Shown: positions 12,118 to 24,575 of the stretch, one piece after another
How the letters are laid out: each line of letters starts with the position of its first letter
Position numbering within the stretch: the first letter of the stretch is position 1
NCBI GenBank assembly: GCA_030704615.1
Contig: CM060732.1
Location: 41,850,001-41,914,000 of the forward strand
Length of the DNA: 64,000 bases
From: Takakia lepidozioides
Lineage: Eukaryota > Plantae > Bryophyta
Direction: 5' to 3'
Notes under the pieces: generated by a model
The model's database searches: none
What the model was told of the DNA's origin: nothing
Seen by the model: only the letters and a program-made list of their open reading frames with translations
Position numbers and translations under genes: made by a program

Positions 12118-12638
12118 GAATTAATGGATTTTATTGGCGACATTTCCAGGTATTGCTGCGTAGGTCATTATTCTATGGTTTTGTGGGTGAAACAAAATGC
12201 ATTATGTTTGGTTTTGCATACAAGAAACGACGTGAGATTTTTTTTATTTCGCTAACGAATTAGGGTGATAGGGTGACTAACCCACGGAAATAGGGTGACT
12301 AACCCATCTTCATGTGGCTTGTGCTCAGGTGAGCACAAGTCTGTTCACGTGTGCTCACCGTTAGCACAAATTTCACATGAATTAATGGATTTTGTTGGCA
12401 AAATTTCCAGGTATCGTTGCGTAGGTCATTATCCAATGGTTTCGTGGGCGAAACAAAATGCATTGTGTTTGGTTTTGCATACAAGAGACGATGCGAGATT
12501 TTTTTATTTCGCTAACAAATTAGGGTGATAGGGTGACTAACCCACGGAAATAGGGTGACTAACCCATCTTCGTGTGGCTTGTGCTCACGTGATCACAAGT
12601 CTGTTCAAGTGTACTCACTGTGAGCACAAATTTCACAT
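12118..12638. repeat. ~261-bp tandem duplication (2 copies), likely within a non-autonomous TE
   Basis: Units start gaattaatggatttt at 12118 and 12379 and end gcacaaatttcacat; each contains tagggtgactaaccca twice and GTGCTCAC motifs. Confidence 0.9.
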
Positions 12639-13169
12639 TTTAGTTTTGCCATCGCATTTTTTCAGGAATATTCTTGGAATTTTTGATATTTTCTCTTCTG
12701 GTCACGTGAGCAGGTTTACAAAGGCGTGAGCCTGCTCACGCGCTACCCAACCTCGGTAATGGGCACCGTCAGCCCGAGCGGAGGCCACATCAACAAATGC
12801 CGGAGGACGGGCGGTCGAAGAAATGGTACCTATTCCCGTTGGACCTATATCCGTGGGAATACGCATGTACAGTATGATGAAATTAGACCCCATTATGTAT
12901 GGCTTCAATAAATAGGTAGGACTATAAACCGCTGACCTATGCTGCATATTGCATACAAAACGACAAAGAATCCACCATCTTCAAAGGCAGTCAATACATA
13001 ACAGAAAATGTGTGCTTCGGAGCACACCGTTTCTGCCCCATCCAAAAGGCTCTTTCTGAGGTCTCTTCAAACAACAACATAAAGCATAGAGGGTGATTGA
13101 AATGGATTGCATACATAACATAAATGGAGGTAAACACTCCATGGAACCTTCTCCATGAGCTTGATGGGG

Positions 13170-13500
13170 GCGCACACCGTTTTCCCAAACAAACACGGGG
13201 AAATTTTAGGAGATTTTTTTTTTTTTTTTGGCCCTGGTTAGTTGGAAAATGCCGCACACCCATTTTCCAACTAACCAGGGGGGATGTTTCTTTTCGTTTT
13301 TTTTTTTCGGTTTTATTTCTGGTTTTTTTTTTTTCCTCGCCCTGGTTGGTTGGAAAATGGTGTTCGGCGTAACCAGGGGGGATTTCTTTTTTTTTCGATT
13401 TTGTTTTGTTTTGTTTTTTTTTTTTTTTTGTCCGCCCTGGTTGGTTGGGAAAACGGTGTGCGGCGCCGCACACCATCTTCCCAACCAACCAGGGGGAAAT
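13170..13500. repeat. Array of long palindromes separated by poly-T spacers
   Basis: Perfect 20-bp stem at 13232-13251/13261-13280, a 60-bp palindrome at 13435-13494 with 2 mismatches, and partial units at about 13170 and 13340. Confidence 0.88.
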
Positions 13501-13767
13501 ATTTTTGAAAAGAAAATAAAGAAATCCTGACACCTAAAATGGCATGTATGATTTCATTGGTAGTATCCTTGGCAACTGTGCTCTTAATTTAACCTTGTCT
13601 GTGACAAGCAAGTCATTCAGCACAACTCAATATGCAGGTATAGTAGCATTCTTGCAGGGTACTTGGAGCTTCATGATCAGCGGTTATAGGTGTCATCCGC
13701 GGTAATAGGTAAAATACCTTAAAAAAAAAACCCTGAGCCAGCCACCGCTCACGATCTAGCAACCCTC

Positions 13768-13907
13768 AATGGGCACATACCACCTCGGAAGTGGTTGTGG
13801 GTTTAGTCCACCGTTGGTGTCACAAATGTGTCCACATTCCTAGCGGAAGGCAGGAACCCTTTGGGGTCAAGAGACACCGTAATTTATGCTTCCTTTAGGA
13901 GGCGTCA
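13768..13907 (+). mobile_element. Partial copy (right half) of the 9990 MITE family
   Basis: gggcacataccac...gagacaccgtaatttatgcttcc...ggaggcgtca followed by TATGTATA. Confidence 0.7.
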
Positions 13908-14510
13908 TATGTATATGTGGGCCTAGCCTTCTACAAACACCGAAAAAAAATGGTTGACACGTCGAGAAGCAAACGTAACATATGGTGTCTCTTCATAAGC
14001 ACCCAAATTGATCCCCTTGCTCTTGAAGCTCACAATTATAAAATCATAAACATGTTATGCATCAAAATTTTGTTCATTGAGATCCCTCTTGGCCTTCTGG
14101 ATGAGTCTCTGCAATTTCTTGAGTCCATGGCAATGATTAGAAACTATTAAGAAGGGGCCAGGATGAAATAATCCTATAACTACTCAACTGACCTTATGGC
14201 CTTCAGTTGAGGTAATTTTACTCCCCAACTTCTTTAAATTTGTTTTCTTCGGGCTGAAGCACCATACTTTCAGCCCCCCATTGAAGTACGGTGCTTAAGT
14301 TAATTCATAAATTTTGGCTTTTAATTCATGGTTTTATGAGCTTGCTCTCAGTGCTTGCGGTTTTGGACTTTCCATTTGAATAGTCTTAAATAAAAATTTG
14401 CAGCATATGCAACAACATAAGTTTTGAAATGGTTGCAGCATGCATATATATATGGGAGGTTAGTACTTGAAGTTCAGCTGGAAAGTCTCTGGGAATAATA
14501 ATGTAATATA

Positions 14511-14670
14511 TGACGCCTCCCCAAGGAAGCGTAAATTATGGTGTTTCTTGATCCCTTCTGGCCGGAAGGTGACACCTTTGTGACACTGATCGGTGGATTG
14601 AAACCACAAACACATTTTCCAAAGGTGGTATGTGCCCATAACCACTAGGCTACAACTTGATTGTCGTCTC
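14511..14670 (-). mobile_element. Partial inverted copy of the 9990 MITE family
   Basis: TA|tgacgcctccccaaggaagcgtaaattatggtgt...ggtatgtgcccataaccactaggctac (A-box TAGCCTAGTGG on the minus strand). Confidence 0.7.
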
Positions 14671-15075
14671 TTGGAACATAGAAACCCCGCCTGACAAGGG
14701 ACTAGCTTTTCACTAGACCAATGTTGTTGGATGATTGTTTCTGGATGTAATAGATCAACTATGGTGTTGGATGAAATATACTACAGATGTTGGATGAAGT
14801 ATATTTGCTTCTAAGAGTTTGATGTTTTTTTGTTTTTTTTTTGAGAAAGGGCCTCGACCCTGAAACTTTATTATGATAATTATTTGTGGGGGAAAAAATT
14901 AAAACCCCGTTGAAATGCCATACAGGCACACACACCGTAATTACAAAAACAAAAACAAATATAGGCAATTTTGGTGTTGGATGAAATAGTGCGTTATAGT
15001 AGTTACTGACATCAATTATACACATGGGCATTTTATTGATTGACATGCGGGTAGCAATAACGCCTCTCATTTTTC

Positions 15076-15655
15076 AATAATTGGGAGTTTAAGTGAGGCA
15101 GGCAGCGGCCCCATTCACGGATGTCGGGGGCATCCGTGCGCCCCGGATGCGCACCACGACCACTGGCGGGTCCGGGTCTGCTCGGAGGTTGGGTCTGCTC
15201 ACTACTGGCCCGCGCGGGACTTAGAATTTTTGGCGGGAAAACTCACCCATCAAAAAAAGAGTCATTAATACACGTTAAGTCAACACCATCATTAATGCAC
15301 AATTGATGTAGCCAAAGTTGAACCCACAATCTATTATGCATCGCTCTATGTATCCAACCACCACACTACCCACTACTTGCTATTACCTCAACATTTTTTT
15401 TATGTCTTAACCTAGAAAACAACCGCAGTCAGCCCCAATGCCGCCTAGGGTCAGGGCCTGCGGACCCTACCTCGTGATAGACCATACCTGGTGGCAGACC
15501 TATCCCCGCGACAGACCCACCCGGGTGAGTCTTGCGGCATACCATACTTGGCGGCAGACCCACCCGGGCCGGGTCATGGGTCACGGCGGGGCCACCTAGG
15601 GGCGCCTGACGTCCCGCTGCTTGGCTCACAGGTGAGCCTTAAACTCCCAATTATT
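15076..15655. mobile_element. MITE with an 18-bp perfect terminal inverted repeat
   Basis: aataattgggagtttaag (15076-15093) and cttaaactcccaattatt (15638-15655) flank GC-rich subterminal regions with an AT-rich centre. Confidence 0.8.
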
Positions 15656-17063
15656 CAACAATAAGAATCAGCAATAACAGAATTCCTCTTTGCAATCTTC
15701 GCATGAAAATAGAGTATGGAATATGGAACTCTCACTAGGACGAATTCAAGGCAATAGACTCAAACTGTACATTGGGTTAGATTGGGAATGATTGGTTTCA
15801 AGAACCAACGGTTCAACAGCCTGGTTGTAAGCATTATATATTCCTAACCAGGATGGCCAACATGTGTATAGTATACACCAATAACCAAAATTTATCAGAA
15901 CCGGGGAAATCAAAACAACTTAAATAAGTACTTAGAGCGTAACCGTCTCCAGGTTCCAGAAAGAGTGGTCACGGGGTCCCCACTGTAAGCCTTCAGGGAC
16001 TCAATGGTGGTTATTTTTAACACCTTCAGGAATGAAATTGTGAGCAGAACCCGCCTTGCCTTGCCTTGCCTTGCCTTACCCTTTCTGGCATGTTGGCCTT
16101 CTTAATCAGATTCCATAGATGGCAGATTCATTTCCTAGATTTATGGTCTGATGTCCCTTTGATGTCTGGTTCCTAGCAGCTGGTAATGATCAGTGAACTA
16201 TGACTGGTGCTGTTTTGCTTCCCCTTGAGGTGATCTGGGAGGTTCCCCACGATTGTACTGGCTCATGGCCCCATATGAGGTTATTTTTTCCTCGTCTTCT
16301 AATTGGACTAAAAGGGCTTCGTCCCTTTCCCGAAAAAACATAAAATAAAATTGTGGGCCTCTGTCCCCACTTGTGGCAAGAAAAAAACAAAAAGAAAGAA
16401 AGAGAGAACCTGAACCGCTAGTTATAAAAAAAGTTCAAAAACTAAAGAACCGCCCAGCACTGGTCTGATGGACTCAGTCCGTCCCCACTGATGAGTGACC
16501 AGACTATGATAAGCAGGCGTGGATAAGCGCGCCAGCTCGGCTCCAGCACCTCCAACTGGGCTCCAACCGCTTTGCATTCACCACCCCACACTTGGATTTG
16601 TGCACAATCGTCGGTACAACGGGTGGGGGAAGGTGCACGCAAGCTTCCGCACTGCGAGTCTGGCGGCGACCTTTGAGGTAAAAGCGTCCAGTACTACCCG
16701 CAGCTGCCGCACCAGTACTAAGTACCACTTCACGTGGTTGATATGAACTTGTCTCGGTTGGATCTGTGACATGGTCGCTGCCTTCAAGGACACCTCCCCT
16801 TGCCACTTGCATTGAAGGGCGATTCTGGTGGTCTTTGTGGAGAAAATTTGATCTTTTAGCTCTAGGATCCACTTGTTCCACCTTCATCCTGATCAGTTCC
16901 GGTGTATTCTTCGGAGCTCACACTTGAATTTCCTTGGGATTCGTCACTGAGTGAGGGGAGAGTCCTGATCCATCTGGGTTCGGCACTCAGTATATTAAGT
17001 GGCAAGTGATCGGCGACCGATCGTCGGTTCTTCTCATTGCAAGACCTTGTACTTTGGTTTAAC

Positions 17064-20000
17064 ATGGGGGCTGCTGCCAATGCTGTTCCACAATCATGCA
17101 GCAGAGAAACCTTGCAGTGGCGCGTTCAAGCTTCTGGATCTCCTAAACCGGAAGATGTAGCCACACTTGCAAAGGGATTTCTTTCTGCATTCGAACTTCC
17201 TGAACTCAATGCATTTGGGCACGGATTCAGGTATTTGCGTTGAATGTTTTTGTCTGATCCTATGGAAGAGAGGGGCGTCGCCCCGAGGTCGCTCATCTAA
17301 GTAGTAGATCTCAGTTGATAAGTGTTGATTTGTTTCAGTTGTCAAAGTGATCTCACAAGTGTGGACTTGCACACTAATCAACGCCTAAATGGAAACTATG
17401 CCAGCTGGGAAACTAACTTGGTTGTGAATAGGGTCTACGATGCCGAGACTGAACGACAAGCAGGTGTGGAAGACTTCTACCGCCTGAACCACGTCAACCA
17501 GACCTTCGAATTTGTAAGTTCCCACAACTTTCCCGACAGCCATGATTCAAGCTATCCAGCGTGAATTAGAAAGTAAAGGTAAGACGTATCAAATTGCATC
17601 TCGCTAGATTTACGTCACGACGCATAAGATTGCAGAATGCGGTGTAGTAATCCCTTTTCAAGTAATCGCATGAGAGAGGAAACTGGAGGGAAGATTGTTT
17701 GAGGATTTGTGCCTCATTTGTGCTCGTGATTTATGATGGAGTCTGAACATATATCTTGCAATGATGTTATGGGAAAATACTGAGTCGCACACGTCAAATT
17801 ATCCATGTGGAGTAATGGGGATCCGTGGAGGAAGTGAATATCGCAGACAAGATCTGCGCTTTTGGCTGAATTGTGCTGCTACTGGCAGCGCTCAAGGGCC
17901 CTGATCCATGAAGGGTGCCCATGAGCGGCGCAGTGATAAACTTCTTCGATGCAGGTTCCAGCATGAGAGTCGAGGGAATCCGCTGGTGGGACGTGACGAT
18001 GTCCAGACGTTGAATTTATTCGGTGTCTTGATGTGTATGTGTATGCAGGGACAGCAAATGCGGCTCAAGCATTTGCGAATGGACAAAAGCGTCAGGAGTA
18101 TCTGGGATTCTTGTGAACTTTTGAACACGCTGGTAGATGAGAGTGATCCTGATCTTGACGAACCTCAGATTGAGCATCTATTGCAAACAGCGGAGGCCAT
18201 TCGCAAGGACCACCCCGATGAAGACTGGTTTCATCTCACTGGCCTTATTCATGGTACTGCTGTACAGTGCCTATATATCATTAGTTGTGTGCGATTTTGT
18301 TTCTGCAATGTCCCAAACTAAACTACACAGATCTACTTATATATGACGGAATGTAGCATATACGTTGGACGGGCACCATCCTCGGCGTTGCAAAGATATC
18401 TGTTCACGATATTGCGAGGTCAGCTTGCAGCACAGGTAGACTGGAAGGTTAGAACCTTGCAACCAGTTGGTCATGTGCGAGTGTCATACTCTAGGCTCTC
18501 TTGTTGTGCAAGACGAGGTGAGGATTTCATACAACCAAGTAATGAGTTTTGTGTGGCGATGGTGGGCGCAGATCTGGGGAAAGTATTGCTCCATCCCACA
18601 TTTGGAACAGAGCCGCAATGGGCGGTTGTGGGTATGTCGCTATCTCTTTTTCTGATCTTGAGTCCTTCAAGCCCAAAATATATTCGAAATCAAAATTCAA
18701 CCATACTCCATCGTAACCTTGCACGAAATCCATCTTCTAACCAGAGTTGAGAGGTGCATTCAGTTGTTCGCTCCTGCAAGCAATGCAGTCAGAGCCTGCA
18801 AGCTTTAGGAGATGTTCAACGATATTGGCACATCCATGAAATTCTTAACCTGTCGATCCCGCGTGCATGGTCACCGGTCGCGGGTGTCACTGAGGAATGT
18901 GGTGACGATTCTTTGTAGATCGAAATTAAGAACGGTAGTCTGTGTGGTTATACGATGTGGAAATGGGATGGTCGGCTATGGCGTGCGCAGGGGACACATT
19001 CCCAGTCGGTTGTGCTTTTGACCCCGCCATTGTACATGCAGAGGTTGGTACTTTCTCAGCTTCATTTGAATCGCTGCTCCAATTTTGTTGATTTGTTTCC
19101 CCTTACCAAAGATTCGGTGTAAACTACCTTGAGGTTGGGCTTGCTGAAAGATGTTCTATCGAATCTTTGCACGCTGAAAGCATTTGCTCCATTTGCCCCT
19201 GAGTTTTGTTGAATCTTATGAAACAAATGCACTTACAAACAGTGCACATTGGCTTCATTTTAGACAATGATCGTGTGTGGGGATGTCAATTCTGCCCCAG
19301 TATTTCAAGGAGAATGCCGACTCCCAAGACCCCCGATACAACTCCAAATTTGGCATCTATGAAGAAGGTTGCGGGCTGGACAATCTGATGATGTCATGGG
19401 GCCACGATGAGTACATGTACCAGGTGAGCGCGTCTTGAGTGTGACATGTTTTCTGGAAGCTTCTTCACTCATGAAGGGAGAAGCTCTATCGAGAAAGAGA
19501 AAAGAGCGAAATTAAAGGGTGCAGGGTCGTCCATGTATGGGGACACAGGTGATGAAGAGCAACAAGACCACGCTGCCCCCGCAAGCCCTATTTGTCATCC
19601 GGTACCACTCCTTTTACTGTAAGTGCCGTTGCGTTTTGATTTGTTTTGCCAGGCTTTGCTTTCCTAAACATGATCATGTTCTCAATTGGAATCATATGAG
19701 GAATACTATCGACCACGGGTGTTTGTGTTTGGAGACCAGCGCTGCATCGGTCGGGTGCATACACAGATTTCATGACCGACTTCGATCGTCATATGCTCCC
19801 TTGGCTCAAAGAGTTCAAGTAAGTCCTCAGATTTGCATTTCAACTGAATCCTGTCGTCAACTTTAGCGGTGCCGAACATGCCATTTACTTGTATATTTCT
19901 GTCTCTCTCCTCTTGTATGTAACTGTCTCCTCCCAACTTCAAACTTCAAGCATCCCATTACATACGCTGGTCAAGCACAAGTTTTTGGAGTTAACCCTCT

Positions 20001-21382
20001 GTTCTTTTGGGGGAAGTCATGATCATCAGCCTCATTTAGCATTTTGAAGCAAATTGGAACCACAACCGTGGGACCATATGTGGCATCATGGGCAACAAGG
20101 CCGCAGATGCCATGGCAGCTTACCTGCACGAGGCCTTGACCCTTAGACAATCCCTTGAGCCGTAGTCGCTTTTGGACTGTTTTTTGGCTCTGGTTTTGTT
20201 TCCTCTCTCTTGTTTTTCCCATTTTGTCCCATAAGCTCTTTGAGCTTTCGGCTGACGTTATAAAGTACCATTTCATTTCATTAGGGTCTAATAACTCACA
20301 TGCTTTAAAGTATGCAAAAGTTAGGTAGTCTGGCAACTGCAAGTGAGCCAGTTGCTGGGTCACCTTGGCAAGTAAAGAAATATTGACCCTGTACTCTAAA
20401 GCTCTCTTTGACACAGTGATCAGAAATGCTTGGCAGCTTACCATGATGTGGCAGTGTCTTTGTACAGTGATCTAGGATTGGTTTTCTAATGCTCTATTTT
20501 TGCTGTGCTTTGTTATAATAACTGTATGAGCTTTTCTTGGACAGTCTTTTCCCATTCTTTCTCAACGGTTGACTTGACCGTCATTCCTGCGCATTCTAGG
20601 CCTGTTAGTTAGTGGGGTCCATGTTTCCTGGTGGGAGAAGAATCCTGAGCCTGATGAACCTGATGCTTGGAATTTCAAGCTGATACATCCTCTCTCAATC
20701 CAGTTCCTGTAACTAAGTTGTTGTTGGCTGTTTGTTTGCTTCTTAGTATTGCCTGGTCTGAGAAGCTTCTAACACTGCGACACTGTGACCCTCCTTGGCT
20801 CTTGGGGTGAATCTGTGCATCAGATTTGAGAGTTTGATAAACATCTTTTATGGAAATTTGTGAGAGATTGAAGCTTGAAACAAATCCCTGTTCTTGAGCA
20901 CCTAGTAGCCCCATTCCATTGTCCTTCTGTTCCCTCCACCTCTCCCCAAATCTTTAGGGTATGGCAACCCAGTACATCAGAATCTGTACGTGTGTGCGTG
21001 CAGCAAGTATGACCTGTACTCCAAGAGCAAGGTTCGGATTGATGTTGAAAAAGTGAAGCCCTACTATTTGTCGCTGATTGACAAGGTACAAAAATTGCAT
21101 GAGATCCTGAATTGCTCAAGTTTTCTCGCTGTTCTAACAAGGCAAACCCAAGACCTGGTTTCTGATCTGAACTTGTAATTGCTTAGGTTTGATATCTATT
21201 CGATCATTCTGTCCTGGTTTTTGTTTCTCTCCGGTTGTTATGTAGTTTGTTCTCTGGTGGTTTTAGTTTTATGATGCAGGATTGAGAGTCTTGGTCTAGA
21301 TTGTTGTACTAAACTCAGCACTTGTTCAAACCTTACCTTTTGTCTACCAATGCAGTATTTCCCAAACGACCTATGCTGGTAG
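17064..21382 (+). CDS. MIOX: Myo-inositol oxygenase, 10 exons
   Basis: Exons 17064-17230, 17432-17513, 18049-18253, 18572-18631, 18991-19043, 19301-19423, 19549-19618, 19740-19818, 21004-21085 and 21356-21382, all GT-AG and in phase. Motifs: [77 protein letters not shown]. Confidence 0.96.
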
Positions 21383-22380
21383 GTTACTGGTCAGGTGCAA
21401 AGGATGTCGACAACAACAATCGCTGTGCGTCTAAGTCATCGTACAATGAAGCAATGAGGCAATACATTAGAGTAGATCCCAACTTACCCAATCTGGCTGC
21501 TAGCGTATAGAAGGGCTTCTGGTTTATCCGGCTGAATTTTGTATCTTACTGCCTTAAACTTTCTTAAATTAGGAACTCTTCACCATTATGCACATCAGCC
21601 AGACCCCATATCTCTCCTTTGGCAATTTATCCATTGTTGAATCGGATCCATCAAGGTATGGAAAACGACCTTCACAAAATTTCAATTTAGATTAGGCCGC
21701 TACAATTGGGCCATGTGGTGCCTTCGAATTTGTGTTTAGGTGGTTGCCCACTGGGTGGGCTTGGGTTTCAGATATATATGGATCTCGTGAGTAGGGATGA
21801 GCAAGTGGTGTTACTTCTAAGTAGCTGGGGATAAGCGGCAATTTGAAGAGATTGGTGGAGACGGCCTTATTAGACCATTTGGGTCACATACCTCAAAGTG
21901 GCCCTTACTTCAGCCAATGATTCAGCCGCCCTCCTCTACTCTCGAGCGTTGTGCTGGATGGAACCTGGCCAATTAGGAAAACGACAATGGAAACATCGAC
22001 CAAGTCTGGTCTGGTCTGGACTGGAGTGCCATGTCTGCAGTCTGCCTCCCCGCAATGGCTCTAAGGTGCCCATGTTGCCTCCTTACGATGAAAAGGGTAA
22101 TTTCGACGGGGTGGAGCATATCATGGCCAAGGTTAGGGTACTTCCAGCCTCACTGGTACAAGCTGGCCGAGTGTCATGGAATGTGACAATGAGTGCCTTG
22201 GTCTCCATGCTGAGCTCCAAGAAGGGTGTGTATTTTCAAAAGACCCTACTAAATTTGCACAGCAAATGAACAGAAGGGTGATCTAAGATATCCTTGAATG
22301 TTGAATTTTGAACTCATGGTGGGTGAGAGATCTCGATGCAACTCTATTGCCACTCACCTGGAAGACTCAATGACAACCGA

Positions 22381-23793
22381 CTTTTTTTTTTAAGAAAAAA
22401 ATTACAGAACAGGGGACAGAGGCCCTGGAAACTTTATTGACTGGGGCAAACAGTACAAAGGGGAGGAAAAAATTACCTCCTAGAAGACCATAAGAGCGTA
22501 TCGCATGGGGAACACCCAAGGGAGGGGATAAGCAGGAATTAGCCTGAGCAGAGGGAGGAGGGGAGACTAAGAGGCAGCGGCCGTCAAAGATCGGGGGAGT
22601 GCTAGGAAGTAAGCAGCCTAGCCATAAGGAGCGAAATCATTTAAGTTAAGGATGCCTCAATCAACTTGAGGCCTAGGAACAAAGAACAAATCAGAGGCCG
22701 AAGTCCAACTGGACTTTAGATTTGGCAGCTCGCATGCTGAGATGCTTCCAGTTGACGTCAAGGCCCTCAGATTCAGCCGGCGATTTGCCATTCCCGGGGG
22801 ATGGCATCATGCCAAGGGACTCGAGAGTCATCGATCATGGTGCATTTGAGGCCGCCCTTGGCCCAAGTGAGGTCGAACTCCGCGAACATTTGTTGACGCC
22901 TCCTTCCGCTGCACCTGCCTGAAGCGTAAAGACCCGGCCAGGATTTTTTAGTTAGAGAGGATGGCGCCTTACACGGAGGAATTTTCAGGCCAAGTGAGCA
23001 TGGCACCTTACGCCGCGTAAGGTTCCTCCTCTCCTCCAGAGGAAGGCACCTTACGTCGCGTAAGGTTCCTGCTCTTGTGAGCCGTCCGATTTAGATGATC
23101 CCAGCCGTCGATGGTAAAGGAAATCCTTGGCTGTGTCTTTATGTCGGGTAAGGCCCTGTCCTCGGGCCTTACCCTTCTCATTGTTCACTATACACACGAT
23201 GCTCGAATTGGTTGACGTGTACATCAGGATCCCCTTTTCCTGCGTAATGCCAGGCCCACACGTTGACATTTTAAATACGAAACAACGATCTACCGACCTA
23301 ATTCTATATGCCAGACCACAATGCAGGTCTCCAGTCTCGATCAGCCTTCCTTCCGAGGATGTGAATAGCAGACCTTGCCAATGCGTATCAGATTCTTCAA
23401 TTGCCAGGAGGGCCAAGAGCCTGCCATCTATAGAGCAACCGAACCAACAAGGAAGATCATTGACAGAACGAGGACAGAACCTGAGCCCCCAAGAAGCAGT
23501 GGCTGGACAAACAAAGCCCCTTGCTTGATGTGGTCCCAGCCGCTCCTACTGGAAGAAGTAGAAATGAGGCCCAGATAGAAGCGATGGGTCCAAAAATTGA
23601 CCATTTTCGCAAATATTTGCTATGTCCGAAAGCCCTCTTGCCTCCCATGTGGCCCACCTCTTGTGGAGAGTTGCCGACTTCACGATTGAAACACAAAAAA
23701 CAGGGCCGTGAGTTCATCGATTTTGATGACATGGCCACTTTTTCTTGGCCGGAATTCTCTACCGGCTGAGGCAATAGTTGGCCTGAGCTAGGA
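22381..23793 (-). mobile_element. Degenerate L1/Tx1-like LINE 3' fragment, interrupted by the LTR element and continuing at 30770-~30860
   Basis: Poly-A tail and AATAAAG at 22381-22440. ORF2-like C-terminus FAEFDLTWAKGGLKC..W ends at 22773. A post-RT-like motif RWATWEAKGLSDIANICENGQF lies at about 23590-23670. Confidence 0.6.
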
Positions 23794-24520
23794 TGTCGCG
23801 GCCCTTTGCCTTGAGGGCAGGGGGTCGGGACACATGAGGGGCTGCCCCTGTGGTGGGGGCAGCGGCAGCGATAGGTATGGGGGGCTGAAGCACCCTTGAG
23901 TGCCCAAGGCACTCAAGGAGGCAGAGGCGCTCACTAGGTGGAGCCCCGCACACCGGGTTGCGGTGGGGGTGGCTCCACAAGGGGTGGTGGTAGCTTAGCG
24001 GGACTTAGTGGGGGTGGCATAGGACTCACCATGGGGGCGGAGACCTCGTGGTGGGAGTCGTGGGGAGTCTTGGGACTCATCACGGTCCATAGGGGCCGTG
24101 GTGAGTGGGCCAAGACTCATCGCGACTCATCACCGGGAGTCGAGGGTTTTCGTGGTGGTTCGCTATAAAATGGCATGGCTGGTTGTGAAACCCCCGCGGA
24201 CAGCTACAGAAGTATATATAGGGAGTTAGTAACCCCGAGAACGGTGCAAGCCCGTTGGTGACCAAAAACTAGTGAGTAAGCGAGCGAGCCGGAAAGCGAC
24301 CAAAGAGTGGGGAGCTGTTCCGGATTGCCAACTACCAAAGGGAATTCCCGCTGGTTCCAAATCGGTGGAGGGTTCTTTGGGAGTTCAAAGGGGGACCGTT
24401 ATGCCCCGGTGAGCAGCCGAAGCTCCAAGTTGGTCCGGCGGCCAGGTTGGGAGTTAGTGGCGCGCATCAAGCTAGCAACTATGACTTGAAGGGGAGCTTA
24501 CCGAAGTGAGGTGCGCGACA
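23794..24520 (+). repeat. 5' LTR (727 bp)
   Basis: TG...CA with a 7-bp terminal inverted repeat and a TATA-like tatatata at about 24213; about 98% identical to the 3' LTR by manual count (about 13 substitutions plus 1 indel). Confidence 0.97.
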
Positions 24521-24575
24521 CTTGGTATCAAAGCTTAGAGTTCAGTACGTGATCGTCTTTGGGATTGGCCTCATC

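Noticed and set aside
12991-13533. Lys/Phe-rich ORFs
   Set aside because: Artefacts of the poly-T/palindrome array
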